64,000 nucleotides of DNA. Origin: Gammaproteobacteria bacterium (GTDB lineage Bacteria > Pseudomonadota > Gammaproteobacteria > JAJFJF01). Made by a program: the position numbers and the translations under genes. Each line of letters starts with the position of its first letter. Position 1 is the stretch's first letter. Below the pieces are notes generated by a model that saw only the letters and a list, made by a program, of their open reading frames with translations, was not told where the DNA came from and did no database searches. Shown piece by piece: positions 53,352-61,390 of the stretch. The stretch is from assembly GCA_021774255.1 (NCBI GenBank), contig JAJFJF010000009.1, forward strand, positions 1,658 through 65,657. Direction: 5' to 3'.

Positions 53352-55364
53352 TTAAACAGGATCAGGGCACCCTAAAAACAACCCAGAGGTGATCGCGTTC
53401 ACTGTCCAAGTGAAAGGCGCGCAATCGGGCTCTTCATCCAAAATGTCCTCTGTGCCGCTGAACAGGCCATTTAATCTCGCCTCATTTTTGCCAATCAAGA
53501 TAGACGGTCTGTCGCCGCCTGCGGTGGCAAAGATACCGTGTAGGCTATTGAACCATGCCTCGTTTTTCTTGACACGGTTGTCAATGAATAACGATTCAGT
53601 ACGTGTTAGCTCTTCACCATCCCAATCTAATGCCAAACCCACACCGTGATTGAAATGCGCGTTGTTGTGACGCACGTTCAATTTCGATAGCGAATCGCTT
53701 TCACCGATACGTTGAATCAAAATACCGGTTGACACTTCGTCGTCAGCAGCTTCTCTTAAGAAGTTAAAATCGGTTTGATTATGCTGCACTTTTACATGAC
53801 GCACACCGCTGCTTAACGCCTCTTTTAGGTTATCTGTACTAAAATCACTGAGCGTGATACCGCAGCCATTGAAGTTAGCTTTGTTTTCTTCCACCTTTAC
53901 ATTCAGTACTTCTTGGGTAGCGAAAAAGTCTCGCGCAGCAAGACCGGCATCGCCATTTTTGGCTGCAATATTGTGTGAGAGTGCAATGTGGCTCACAACA
54001 TCAGGCTGGCTGTTACGACCAAGGCCAAATAAGTTAATACCGATATGCTCATTAAACAAAGCAAGATTATGCGTCACGTTGATATTGCTGATTGTTGATG
54101 CATTATCCAGCTTAGCAAACGCGCCCGTTCCAATGGGGCCCGCACCGATACCGTCGTTATCATTACCTGCTGCGAGATTATGGGAAATATTGATATTTTT
54201 AGTTTTATCTGCCGTGAAGTCACCAATAAAAAATCCATCGACTCCATTGGCTAGCGAGATATTTTTAAATACTTTGATATTCCGGATCCCTTGGCCAACC
54301 AGGTCACTTATCTCAATACCATTACCTTGGTTGCCAATGGCAACAGTGTTTGCAATCAAAATATTTTGAATATCAAATTGACCAGAAGTGTTTTCTGAGT
54401 TGATAGCTTCCAGCCTGTTTACCACAATACCTCCTGGATTAAAAGCCGAGTTATTTTCAGTCATCTGCTGGATACTGTTTTGTTCCGGTGTGCCGTTGTT
54501 GTAAACCAGCGAATCCGTTATCGATAGATTTTTGAGCTCTCCCTCGAACATCAGAGTACCGACCAAGATCCCCACAAAACCGTTATTGCTGGCAATTGAG
54601 CGAGTAATGTGATTGTTTTTCACATCCATGGTGACTGCCATCTGTTCAACAAGGTTAGGCGAGCCAATTTGGATACCAATCTGTGTGTTGTCTTTCGCTG
54701 ATACATAAGCAATCAGATTATGGCTCAGATCACTAGAAGCACCCTCTAAGCTGCTAGGCGCGCCTAGGAAAATCCCTATTTCATTATTGTGTGCCTTTAC
54801 ATGCTTGATCGCGTTAAGCTGACCTTCAGCTGCGATACCGACTTCAAAGCCTTCTACTTTGGCACGTAATCCGCCCACAATTTTCACACGGTCTGCGGCT
54901 TGGATACCTACGTTTGTTTGGTCATTGGCTTGGTTAATGACGTCATGCCCGGCCATAAACAACACAGTATTTTCAGCCAAGATGATACCAGGATTGCCTT
55001 CACCCCCTGCACAGATCACATCGTCTTTTAAGAAAAATTTACCGGGTCCGAAAACCATGCCATCACCACAGACAGGCGAGATCCCTGTGGGGAAGGGAAA
55101 TTCTGAATTGAATTCATCTTCGAAAGCTGTCAGATCGGCAAGTTGCTCAGACGAGCCCCAAATAGCCGCTTCATGATCAGCAATTTCCAGCTGGCTTTGC
55201 TCATATAAAAGCTGCATATCGTTGCGACTTTCTTCATCGGTCGCCAACTCTGCAATTTCAGCGGGCACACCGGGGTATTGGGCGTCTACTGCGGGGTTAT
55301 TGAAAAATAATGTACCTGCCAAAATCATATTAGCAAGCATGAGTGTACATGCGCCTAGTTCCAT
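53352..55364 (-). CDS. Secreted right-handed parallel beta-helix (PbH1) repeat protein
   Basis: 670 aa with a signal-like N-terminus. Many ~23-aa repeats of the form HNLxAxNxxxGIxxx (e.g. HNLAAGNDNDGIGAG, HNIAAKNGDAGLAAR). Confidence 0.7.
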   Translation of the reverse strand: MELGACTLMLANMILAGTLFFNNPAVDAQYPGVPAEIAELATDEESRNDMQLLYEQSQLEIADHEAAIWGSSEQLADLTAFEDEFNSEFPFPTGISPVCGDGMVFGPGKFFLKDDVICAGGEGNPGIILAENTVLFMAGHDVINQANDQTNVGIQAADRVKIVGGLRAKVEGFEVGIAAEGQLNAIKHVKAHNNEIGIFLGAPSSLEGASSDLSHNLIAYVSAKDNTQIGIQIGSPNLVEQMAVTMDVKNNHITRSIASNNGFVGILVGTLMFEGELKNLSITDSLVYNNGTPEQNSIQQMTENNSAFNPGGIVVNRLEAINSENTSGQFDIQNILIANTVAIGNQGNGIEISDLVGQGIRNIKVFKNISLANGVDGFFIGDFTADKTKNINISHNLAAGNDNDGIGAGPIGTGAFAKLDNASTISNINVTHNLALFNEHIGINLFGLGRNSQPDVVSHIALSHNIAAKNGDAGLAARDFFATQEVLNVKVEENKANFNGCGITLSDFSTDNLKEALSSGVRHVKVQHNQTDFNFLREAADDEVSTGILIQRIGESDSLSKLNVRHNNAHFNHGVGLALDWDGEELTRTESLFIDNRVKKNEAWFNSLHGIFATAGGDRPSILIGKNEARLNGLFSGTEDILDEEPDCAPFTWTVNAITSGLFLGCPDPV

Positions 55365-55475
55365 TTTAATCTCCTTACGTCCTTGTAGGGTTTAATAATT
55401 ACTCGCATAAGCGAGCGCCATAAAAAGCATAGCAAAGGTTTGGATAGTTTGCTGAATAAAATTGGCAAGATGGGA

Positions 55476-58307
55476 CTACAGCAGGGGTTTCAAGAACTTA
55501 CCGGTATAAGAGGTTTTATGTTGGGCCAGCATTTCAGGGGTACCGGTGGCAACGATCTGGCCGCCTTTATCACCGCCTTCGGGGCCTAAATCGATAATCC
55601 AATCGGCTGTTTTAATCACATCCATATTATGTTCGATGACCACAACGGTATTGCCGCGGTCGCGCAGGTGGGTAAGTACAGTTAATAGCTGTTCGATATC
55701 AAAGAAATGCAAGCCGGTGGTGGGCTCATCCAAAATATAAAGCGTATTGCCGGTGTCTCGCTTGGAGAGCTCGCGCGATAATTTCACGCGCTGCGCTTCA
55801 CCGCCTGACAGCGTGGTGGCGCTTTGCCCCAGCCGGATGTAAGACAAGCCCACATCCATTAAGGTTTGCAGTTTGCGTGCAATGGCAGGGATGGCGTCAA
55901 AAAAATCACGGGCTTCCTCTACCGTCATATCCAAACATTGGTGAATGTTTTTGCCTTTGTAACGGATCTCGAGCGTCTCGCGGTTATAGCGCTTGCCTTT
56001 GCAAATATCGCAGGTCACATACACATCGGCTAAAAAGTGCATTTCAACTTTGATTAAGCCATCGCCCTGACAGGCTTCGCAGCGCCCACCTTTTACATTA
56101 AAACTAACGCGACCAGGCTTGTAGCCGCGAGAGCGTGCTTCCGGGGTGCCGGCAAATAATTCACGAATAGGCGTAAAAATGCCGGTATACGTTGCCGGGT
56201 TAGAACGCGGCGTGCGGCCGATGGGGCTTTGATCGATATCGACCACCTTGTCGCATTGCTCCAGCCCCGTGATTTCTTCAAAGTCAGCCGCCTCCGGGAG
56301 GGTGGCATCGTTTAATTCGCGTGCGGCAATGGGGTAAAGCGTTTGGTTAATGAGTGTGGACTTGCCCGAGCCGGAGACACCGGTGATCGCCGTCATCACC
56401 CCTAATGGAATATCAACCGTCACATTTTTTAAATTATTCCCACTGGCGGCCGTGAGTGTGATCACATGGCCAGGCGCAAAAGTTGTGCGTGTGCGGGGTA
56501 CTTCAATGCGGCGTTTGCCAGATAAATACTGCCCGGTAAGCGAGTGTTGATTTGCGGCGACTTGTTCGGGTGTGCCAGCAGCAACCACTTGCCCACCGTG
56601 CACGCCTGCACGCGGACCAATGTCGACGACGTGGTCGGCGGTGCGGATAGCATCTTCATCATGTTCTACCACAATCACGGTGTTACCCAAATCACGCAAA
56701 TCGGTCAGCGTTTTGAGCAGGCGTTCATTGTCGCGTTGATGCAAGCCAATAGAAGGTTCATCAAGAATATACATCACGCCGACGAGCCCTGCGCCAATTT
56801 GACTGGCCAGGCGTATACGCTGCGTTTCACCCCCCGACAGCGTGTTGGCGCTGCGATGTAAGCTTAAATAATCAAGCCCCACATTCACTAAAAAACTGAG
56901 CCGTGCCACAATTTCTTTTTGGATCTTATCGGCGATTTCGCCGCGTTGACCAGGCAGTTTAAGATGGGTAAAAAAGTCTAATGTTTTGGCAATTGACCAA
57001 TCGACAATAGTCGGTAAGACGGTATCTTCCACAAACACATGGCGAGCGGCTTCGCATAAACGTGAGCCTTTGCAATCAGAACAGGCATGGCTGCTCATGT
57101 ATTTTGCGATATCTTCACGTACCGCGTCGGATTCTGTGTCGCGATAGCGGCGCTCCATGTTGGGGATAATCCCTTCAAAGGGGTGCTCGCGATAAATAGG
57201 GTTGCCATTTTCATTGTAATAACGAAAACGGATCTCTTCACCATTGCTGCCGTATAAAATAACGTTTTGAATTTTCTTTTTTAATTTATTAAAAGGCGTA
57301 TCGATTGAAAAGTCGTAATGCTTTGCCAGTGATGACAGTAAATTAAAATAATAGATATTGCGTCGGTCCCAACCGCGAATGGCGCCTGCCGCTAAGCTCA
57401 TGTCGGGTTGGTGGACAATCCTGTCGGCATCGAGCATTTGCTCCATGCCCAAACCATCGCACGTGGGGCAAGCGCCCACGGGGTTATTGAACGAGAAAAG
57501 GCGTGGCTCTAATTCTGCCAGGTTATAGCCGCATTCCGGACAAGCAAAGCGACTCGAAAAGGTGAGGGTGTCGGGCGAATCTTGTGGCACTTCATCCAAA
57601 AACATCACTTTGGCCAAGCCGTCAGACAGCGTTAACGTGGTTTCAAGCGATTCGGACAAACGCAATTGTTGATCCGGCCGCACTTTTAGGCGATCAACCA
57701 CCACGTCAATATTATGCTTTTTGTATAAATCGAGTTTGGGGGGGCTATCGAGTTCCACCAATTCGCCATTGACGCGTGCGCGCACAAATCCCTGGCTGCG
57801 TAAATTATCAAATAACTGCACATGCTCGCCTTTGCGTTCTTTGACGACGGGGGCGAGTACCATCAGCTTGGTGCCTTCGGGGTACGATAGAATTTGATCG
57901 ACCATTTGGCTGACGGTTTGTGCTTCTAAATGGGTATGGTGGGTGGGGCAATAGGGTTGGCCCACGCGTGCAAACAACAGGCGCAAATAGTCATAAATCT
58001 CAGTAATGGTGCCCACCGTCGAGCGTGGATTGTGCGAGACGGTTTTTTGCTCAATGGAAATAGCGGGGGAGAGCCCTTCAATATGGTCGAGATCGGGCTT
58101 TTCCATGACCGACAGAAATTGCCGCGCGTAGGTCGAGAGTGACTCGACATAGCGGCGCTGGCCTTCCGCATAGAGGGTGTCAAAAGCGAGCGAAGATTTG
58201 CCTGAGCCCGAAATGCCGGTGATCACAATCAAGCGATCACGGGGGAGGCTCAAATCAATGCCTTTTAGGTTGTGGGTGCGGGCACCGCGGATCTCAATAG
58301 TATTCAT
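55476..58307 (-). CDS. uvrA: Excinuclease ABC subunit A
   Basis: 943 aa. Begins [15 protein letters not shown]. Two ABC ATPase modules ([20 protein letters not shown]) and zinc-finger Cys clusters. Confidence 0.97.
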   Translation of the reverse strand: MNTIEIRGARTHNLKGIDLSLPRDRLIVITGISGSGKSSLAFDTLYAEGQRRYVESLSTYARQFLSVMEKPDLDHIEGLSPAISIEQKTVSHNPRSTVGTITEIYDYLRLLFARVGQPYCPTHHTHLEAQTVSQMVDQILSYPEGTKLMVLAPVVKERKGEHVQLFDNLRSQGFVRARVNGELVELDSPPKLDLYKKHNIDVVVDRLKVRPDQQLRLSESLETTLTLSDGLAKVMFLDEVPQDSPDTLTFSSRFACPECGYNLAELEPRLFSFNNPVGACPTCDGLGMEQMLDADRIVHQPDMSLAAGAIRGWDRRNIYYFNLLSSLAKHYDFSIDTPFNKLKKKIQNVILYGSNGEEIRFRYYNENGNPIYREHPFEGIIPNMERRYRDTESDAVREDIAKYMSSHACSDCKGSRLCEAARHVFVEDTVLPTIVDWSIAKTLDFFTHLKLPGQRGEIADKIQKEIVARLSFLVNVGLDYLSLHRSANTLSGGETQRIRLASQIGAGLVGVMYILDEPSIGLHQRDNERLLKTLTDLRDLGNTVIVVEHDEDAIRTADHVVDIGPRAGVHGGQVVAAGTPEQVAANQHSLTGQYLSGKRRIEVPRTRTTFAPGHVITLTAASGNNLKNVTVDIPLGVMTAITGVSGSGKSTLINQTLYPIAARELNDATLPEAADFEEITGLEQCDKVVDIDQSPIGRTPRSNPATYTGIFTPIRELFAGTPEARSRGYKPGRVSFNVKGGRCEACQGDGLIKVEMHFLADVYVTCDICKGKRYNRETLEIRYKGKNIHQCLDMTVEEARDFFDAIPAIARKLQTLMDVGLSYIRLGQSATTLSGGEAQRVKLSRELSKRDTGNTLYILDEPTTGLHFFDIEQLLTVLTHLRDRGNTVVVIEHNMDVIKTADWIIDLGPEGGDKGGQIVATGTPEMLAQHKTSYTGKFLKPLL

Positions 58308-58426
58308 AACCCGCCATCATACCATTATCGGACGTTTAAGGGGGCGAGGCGGATGCTTGGAGAGCACTTTGGGTTTCCCAATATCAAAGTTTCTGGAGGC
58401 AAGCTTTGGTATTCCTATAAAGCTAC

Positions 58427-58465
58427 TCCCTCTCCCCTTCAAGGGGAGAGGGCTGGGGTGAGGGG
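58427..58465. repeat. REP-like GC-rich palindromic element
   Basis: CCCTCTCCCCTT c AAGGGGAGAGGG followed by CTGGGGTGAGGGG. This resembles palindromic intergenic repeats seen in many proteobacteria. Confidence 0.5.
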
Positions 58466-58677
58466 TTATTTTCCACCATGGAGTTGATAATTATATGATT
58501 TTTAATCTATTTTGCAGATTGCAGCCCATCAGCCAACACGCTACTATCTACAATACAATGTCGCAAATCATAAAGTTAGCTACTAAACTATAAATAAGTT
58601 GGCAGGAAAGTCGCTAAAAGCAGAACAGGCTACACACACAAAAGACCACAGAAACAAGAAGCGAAGAGGTGATCCCC

Positions 58678-59793
58678 ATGAGTATCGGTATGGCAGAGTA
58701 TATTTGGATGGATGGCAACGTGCCCACACAGCAGCTGCGTTCCAAAGCGCGTATTATCAATTCGGCAGGCAAAGATACCATTGAGTTAAAAGATTTTCCT
58801 GAATGGAGTTTTGATGGTTCATCGACCAATCAATCAGAAGGCGGTAGCTCTGATCTCATCTTAAAACCCGTCAATTTTTGCTCGGATCCTGTGCGGGGGC
58901 CAGGTAATTTCTTGGTCATGTGCGAAGTGTTCAATGAAAAGGGCGAACCCCACGTCACCAACACACGTGCGCAATTGCGTAAAGTGCTTGATGCCGGCGG
59001 CGCCGCCCATGAACCGTGGGCAGGTTTTGAGCAAGAATATACATTATTTTCAGGCCGTGTGCCGCTTGGTTGGCCAGACAAAGGCTACCCTGCGCCACAA
59101 GGGCCCTTTTATTGTGGGGTGGGTCAAGATCAGGTATTTGGTCGAGAACTCATCGAAGAGCACTTGGAGGCATGTCTAGAAGCTGGCCTCATGTTTTATG
59201 GCATGAATGCCGAAGTGATGCCGGGACAATGGGAATTTCAGATTGGTTATCGTGGTGTTGAACAGGATAACCCTGATATTTTAAATTGTGCCGATCATTT
59301 ATGGTTGGCGCGCTGGTTACTGTATCGCATTGCAGAAGATTACGGCATTACCGTGACGCTGGATAATAAACCGGTGAAAGGGGATTGGAATGGGGCAGGT
59401 TGTCATACCAACTTCTCAACAAAAGCAATGCGCGATGCCAAAACGGGCATGAAGACAATCGAGCGCGCGATTGAGGCCTTGCGTAAGCGCCACGATCAAC
59501 ATGTTGTCGTGTATGGTGATGGTTTAGAGCTTCGTCTTACCGGCTTGCATGAAACCTGCCGTATTGACGAATTTCGTTCGGGCGTGGCCGATCGCGGCGC
59601 TTCTGTGCGTATCCCGCAACAAGTGCAATTAACAGGGCACGGTTACTTGGAAGATCGACGTCCTGGCGCTAATATTGACCCTTATATCGTGTCTGCGCGC
59701 TTGGTGACCACCATTTGTGAATTAGACGAGTCTTTGTTTACCCATAAGCCAGCGTATAAGCAAATGAGTTTGCTGGTGGAACATAAAAGTTAG
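58678..59793 (+). CDS. glnII: Glutamine synthetase, type II (eukaryote-like GSII)
   Basis: Has EYIWMDG, FDGSSTNQ, GFEQEYTLF, MPGQWEFQIG, DWNGAGCHTNFS and SVRIP blocks typical of GSII. GAGGTG lies 6 nt upstream of the ATG at 58678. Confidence 0.85.
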   Translation: MSIGMAEYIWMDGNVPTQQLRSKARIINSAGKDTIELKDFPEWSFDGSSTNQSEGGSSDLILKPVNFCSDPVRGPGNFLVMCEVFNEKGEPHVTNTRAQLRKVLDAGGAAHEPWAGFEQEYTLFSGRVPLGWPDKGYPAPQGPFYCGVGQDQVFGRELIEEHLEACLEAGLMFYGMNAEVMPGQWEFQIGYRGVEQDNPDILNCADHLWLARWLLYRIAEDYGITVTLDNKPVKGDWNGAGCHTNFSTKAMRDAKTGMKTIERAIEALRKRHDQHVVVYGDGLELRLTGLHETCRIDEFRSGVADRGASVRIPQQVQLTGHGYLEDRRPGANIDPYIVSARLVTTICELDESLFTHKPAYKQMSLLVEHKS

Positions 59794-59813
59794 ATCGTCA
59801 TTTGAGTAAATAG

Positions 59814-60542
59814 TTGTTTAATCATATCCGCCTTGTTTTAGTGAACACCACTCACCCCGGTAATATCGGGGCGGTGGCGCGTGCCATGAAAAACATGGGG
59901 CTCTCCCAGCTCTATTTGGTCGCACCCAAACATTTCCCGCATGAGGATGCCGATGCCCGTGCGTCGGGCGCAGAAGATATTCTTGCGCAGGCCATTGTCA
60001 CCGAGACGTTTGAAGAAGCAATTAGCGATTGCGGTGTGGTGATCGGTAGCAGTGCGCGGCAACGCAGTCGGCCCATTTTGGTGCTTGACGCAAAAGCCTG
60101 TGCACAAAAAATCTTAACAGAAGTGCCGCACACCCCTGTCGCGTTGGTATTAGGGCGCGAGCATGCAGGTCTCACCAATGAGGAACTTGATCGTTGCCAT
60201 TATCACGTGGCTATTCCAAGCAATCCTGAATTTAGCTCGCTCAATGTGGCGGCTGCCGCGCAAGTGCTGTGTTATGAGATCTATGCTGCCGCGCAGTTAC
60301 CTTCTGCAACGCCATTACCGCAGACAGAAGAGGAATACGCGACCGCCGAGCAGATGGCTGGATTTTACGCCCACCTGGAAAGCGTTTTAAAAGAGATCGA
60401 TTTTTTAGACCCGCACCATCCTCGCCAACTGATGTCTCAATTGCGGCATCTCTACCAGCGTGCCCGCCCCAACCAACGAGAACTCAATATCTTACGCGGG
60501 ATCCTCACCGCGACAGAAAAAATAACAGCCCGCCACTTATAG
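59814..60542 (+). CDS. trmJ: tRNA (cytidine/uridine-2'-O-)-methyltransferase TrmJ (SpoU/TrmH family)
   Basis: 242 aa, TTG start. IRLVLVNTTHPGNIGAVARAMKNMG and LVLGREHAGLTNEEL..IPSNPEFSSLNVAAA SPOUT motifs. Confidence 0.85.
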   Translation: MFNHIRLVLVNTTHPGNIGAVARAMKNMGLSQLYLVAPKHFPHEDADARASGAEDILAQAIVTETFEEAISDCGVVIGSSARQRSRPILVLDAKACAQKILTEVPHTPVALVLGREHAGLTNEELDRCHYHVAIPSNPEFSSLNVAAAAQVLCYEIYAAAQLPSATPLPQTEEEYATAEQMAGFYAHLESVLKEIDFLDPHHPRQLMSQLRHLYQRARPNQRELNILRGILTATEKITARHL

Positions 60543-60547
60543 CGCCT

Positions 60548-60710
60548 ATATATCTGGCGAAATGTTTCCTCTATTCTATAGATTTCGCCACTTATAAAAG
60601 CATTATAAATGGCGGAATTTCTTATTTACTTTATATATTTCGCCACTTATACTAATTTTACATCTGGCGAAATCTTATGAAAACACATATCGTTTCGCCA
60701 TATGTGTTAA
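60548..60710. repeat. Three tandem ~55-bp units, each an inverted pair of TGGCGAAAT / ATTTCGCCA (iteron- or operator-like array)
   Basis: Six copies of the 9-mer or 1-mismatch variants at about 60555, 60583, 60610, 60637, 60665 and 60692, with alternating orientation and 19-22 nt between partners. Confidence 0.85.
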
Positions 60711-60895
60711 CAAAAGCAACTGCGCTGTCGTTGATCCATAAAAAGGAAATTTTTCAAGAAGTGACAAAGACCCGCAAACATATTTTTCTGGCCATGATTA
60801 CGCCGTTAGGGATAGAGCGTAATGCCTATTCTTCAGAACTCATCAATCATCAGGTGACACTAAGCGATCTGTTTGTTCCCAGAGATATCATCTAG
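60677..60895 (+). CDS. Hypothetical 72-aa ORF starting inside the third repeat unit
   Basis: ORF only. No recognisable motif and no clear SD. Confidence 0.25.
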   Translation: MKTHIVSPYVLTKATALSLIHKKEIFQEVTKTRKHIFLAMITPLGIERNAYSSELINHQVTLSDLFVPRDII

Positions 60896-60930
60896 TTTTG
60901 AGAAGCGCAGGGGAATTTAGGGAAAGCCTA

Positions 60931-60974
60931 TATCTTCTTTTGCCGGTGCTTTGAGACGAGTCCGGGAGATCCCC
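60931..60974 (-). mobile_element. Isolated 3'-terminal fragment of an IS30-family transposase gene
   Basis: Aligns with 1741-1780 (..CCGG[CT]GCTTTGAGACGA[CG]TCCGGGAGAT..). Minus-strand translation GISRTRLKAPAKE compares with DISRSRLKAPVEE*. Confidence 0.55.
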
Positions 60975-60981
60975 TTATTCC

Positions 60982-61025
60982 CGCCAGCTGATGTCTCAAT
61001 TACGTCATCTTTACCAGCGCGCCCG
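60982..61025 (+). pseudogene. Displaced duplicate of a trmJ 3' segment (codons for RQLMSQLRHLYQRAR)
   Basis: 44 nt aligns to 60423-60466 with 5 substitutions. All are synonymous in the trmJ frame (caa/cag, ttg/tta, cgg/cgt, ctc/ctt, cgt/cgc). Confidence 0.7.
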
Positions 61026-61055
61026 AGAGGATGGTTTTGGTGGCCGAGCCATACT

Positions 61056-61226
61056 TTTGTTGACACCAATGGCGATATATTGACCATTACTGTTTCACAA
61101 GGCGGTGGGCGTTCGTTGCCTAGGTGGTTGCATTACGATAGTGTTACTTTAACGCTTTCAGGCAAGCCGACACAGTGGGACACTGACACCAAAGATCTTA
61201 TGAGAGGCTTTCGTGTGTTGCACTAA
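61056..61226 (+). pseudogene. Fragment of a dystroglycan-type cadherin-like (CADG/He_PIG-like) domain
   Basis: FVDTNGDILTITVSQGGGRSLPRWLHYDSVTLTLSGKPTQWDTD resembles the F.D.DGD.LT....LP.WL.FD..T.T.SG.P pattern. There is no proper gene context. Confidence 0.4.
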
Positions 61227-61247
61227 ATTGATCATTTTTTGAGCAGC

Positions 61248-61284
61248 TGAACATACACTCCCCTGTTACTCTATATCTCTAGAC
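61248..61284 (+). promoter_or_regulatory. Shared promoter-like module upstream of the propeller/GLUG gene
   Basis: ACATACACTCCCCTGTTACTCTATATCTCTAGA compares with 12551-12583 ACTTACACCTGACTGTTAGCCTATATCTTTAGA. The spacing is identical. Confidence 0.5.
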
Positions 61285-61390
61285 AAGCAGACTCGAATAT
61301 TGATACAGGTTTTCTTGTTTTTTTTCAGAACAAAACCATCTAGCTAATTACTGAATTCTAAAAACCTAACCACATAACCAACACGTAAGG

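Noticed and set aside
60548-60710. The three ~55-bp units as a mini CRISPR array
   Set aside because: The units are contiguous, with inverted 9-mers inside each unit. There is no alternation of constant repeat and unique spacer, and no cas genes.
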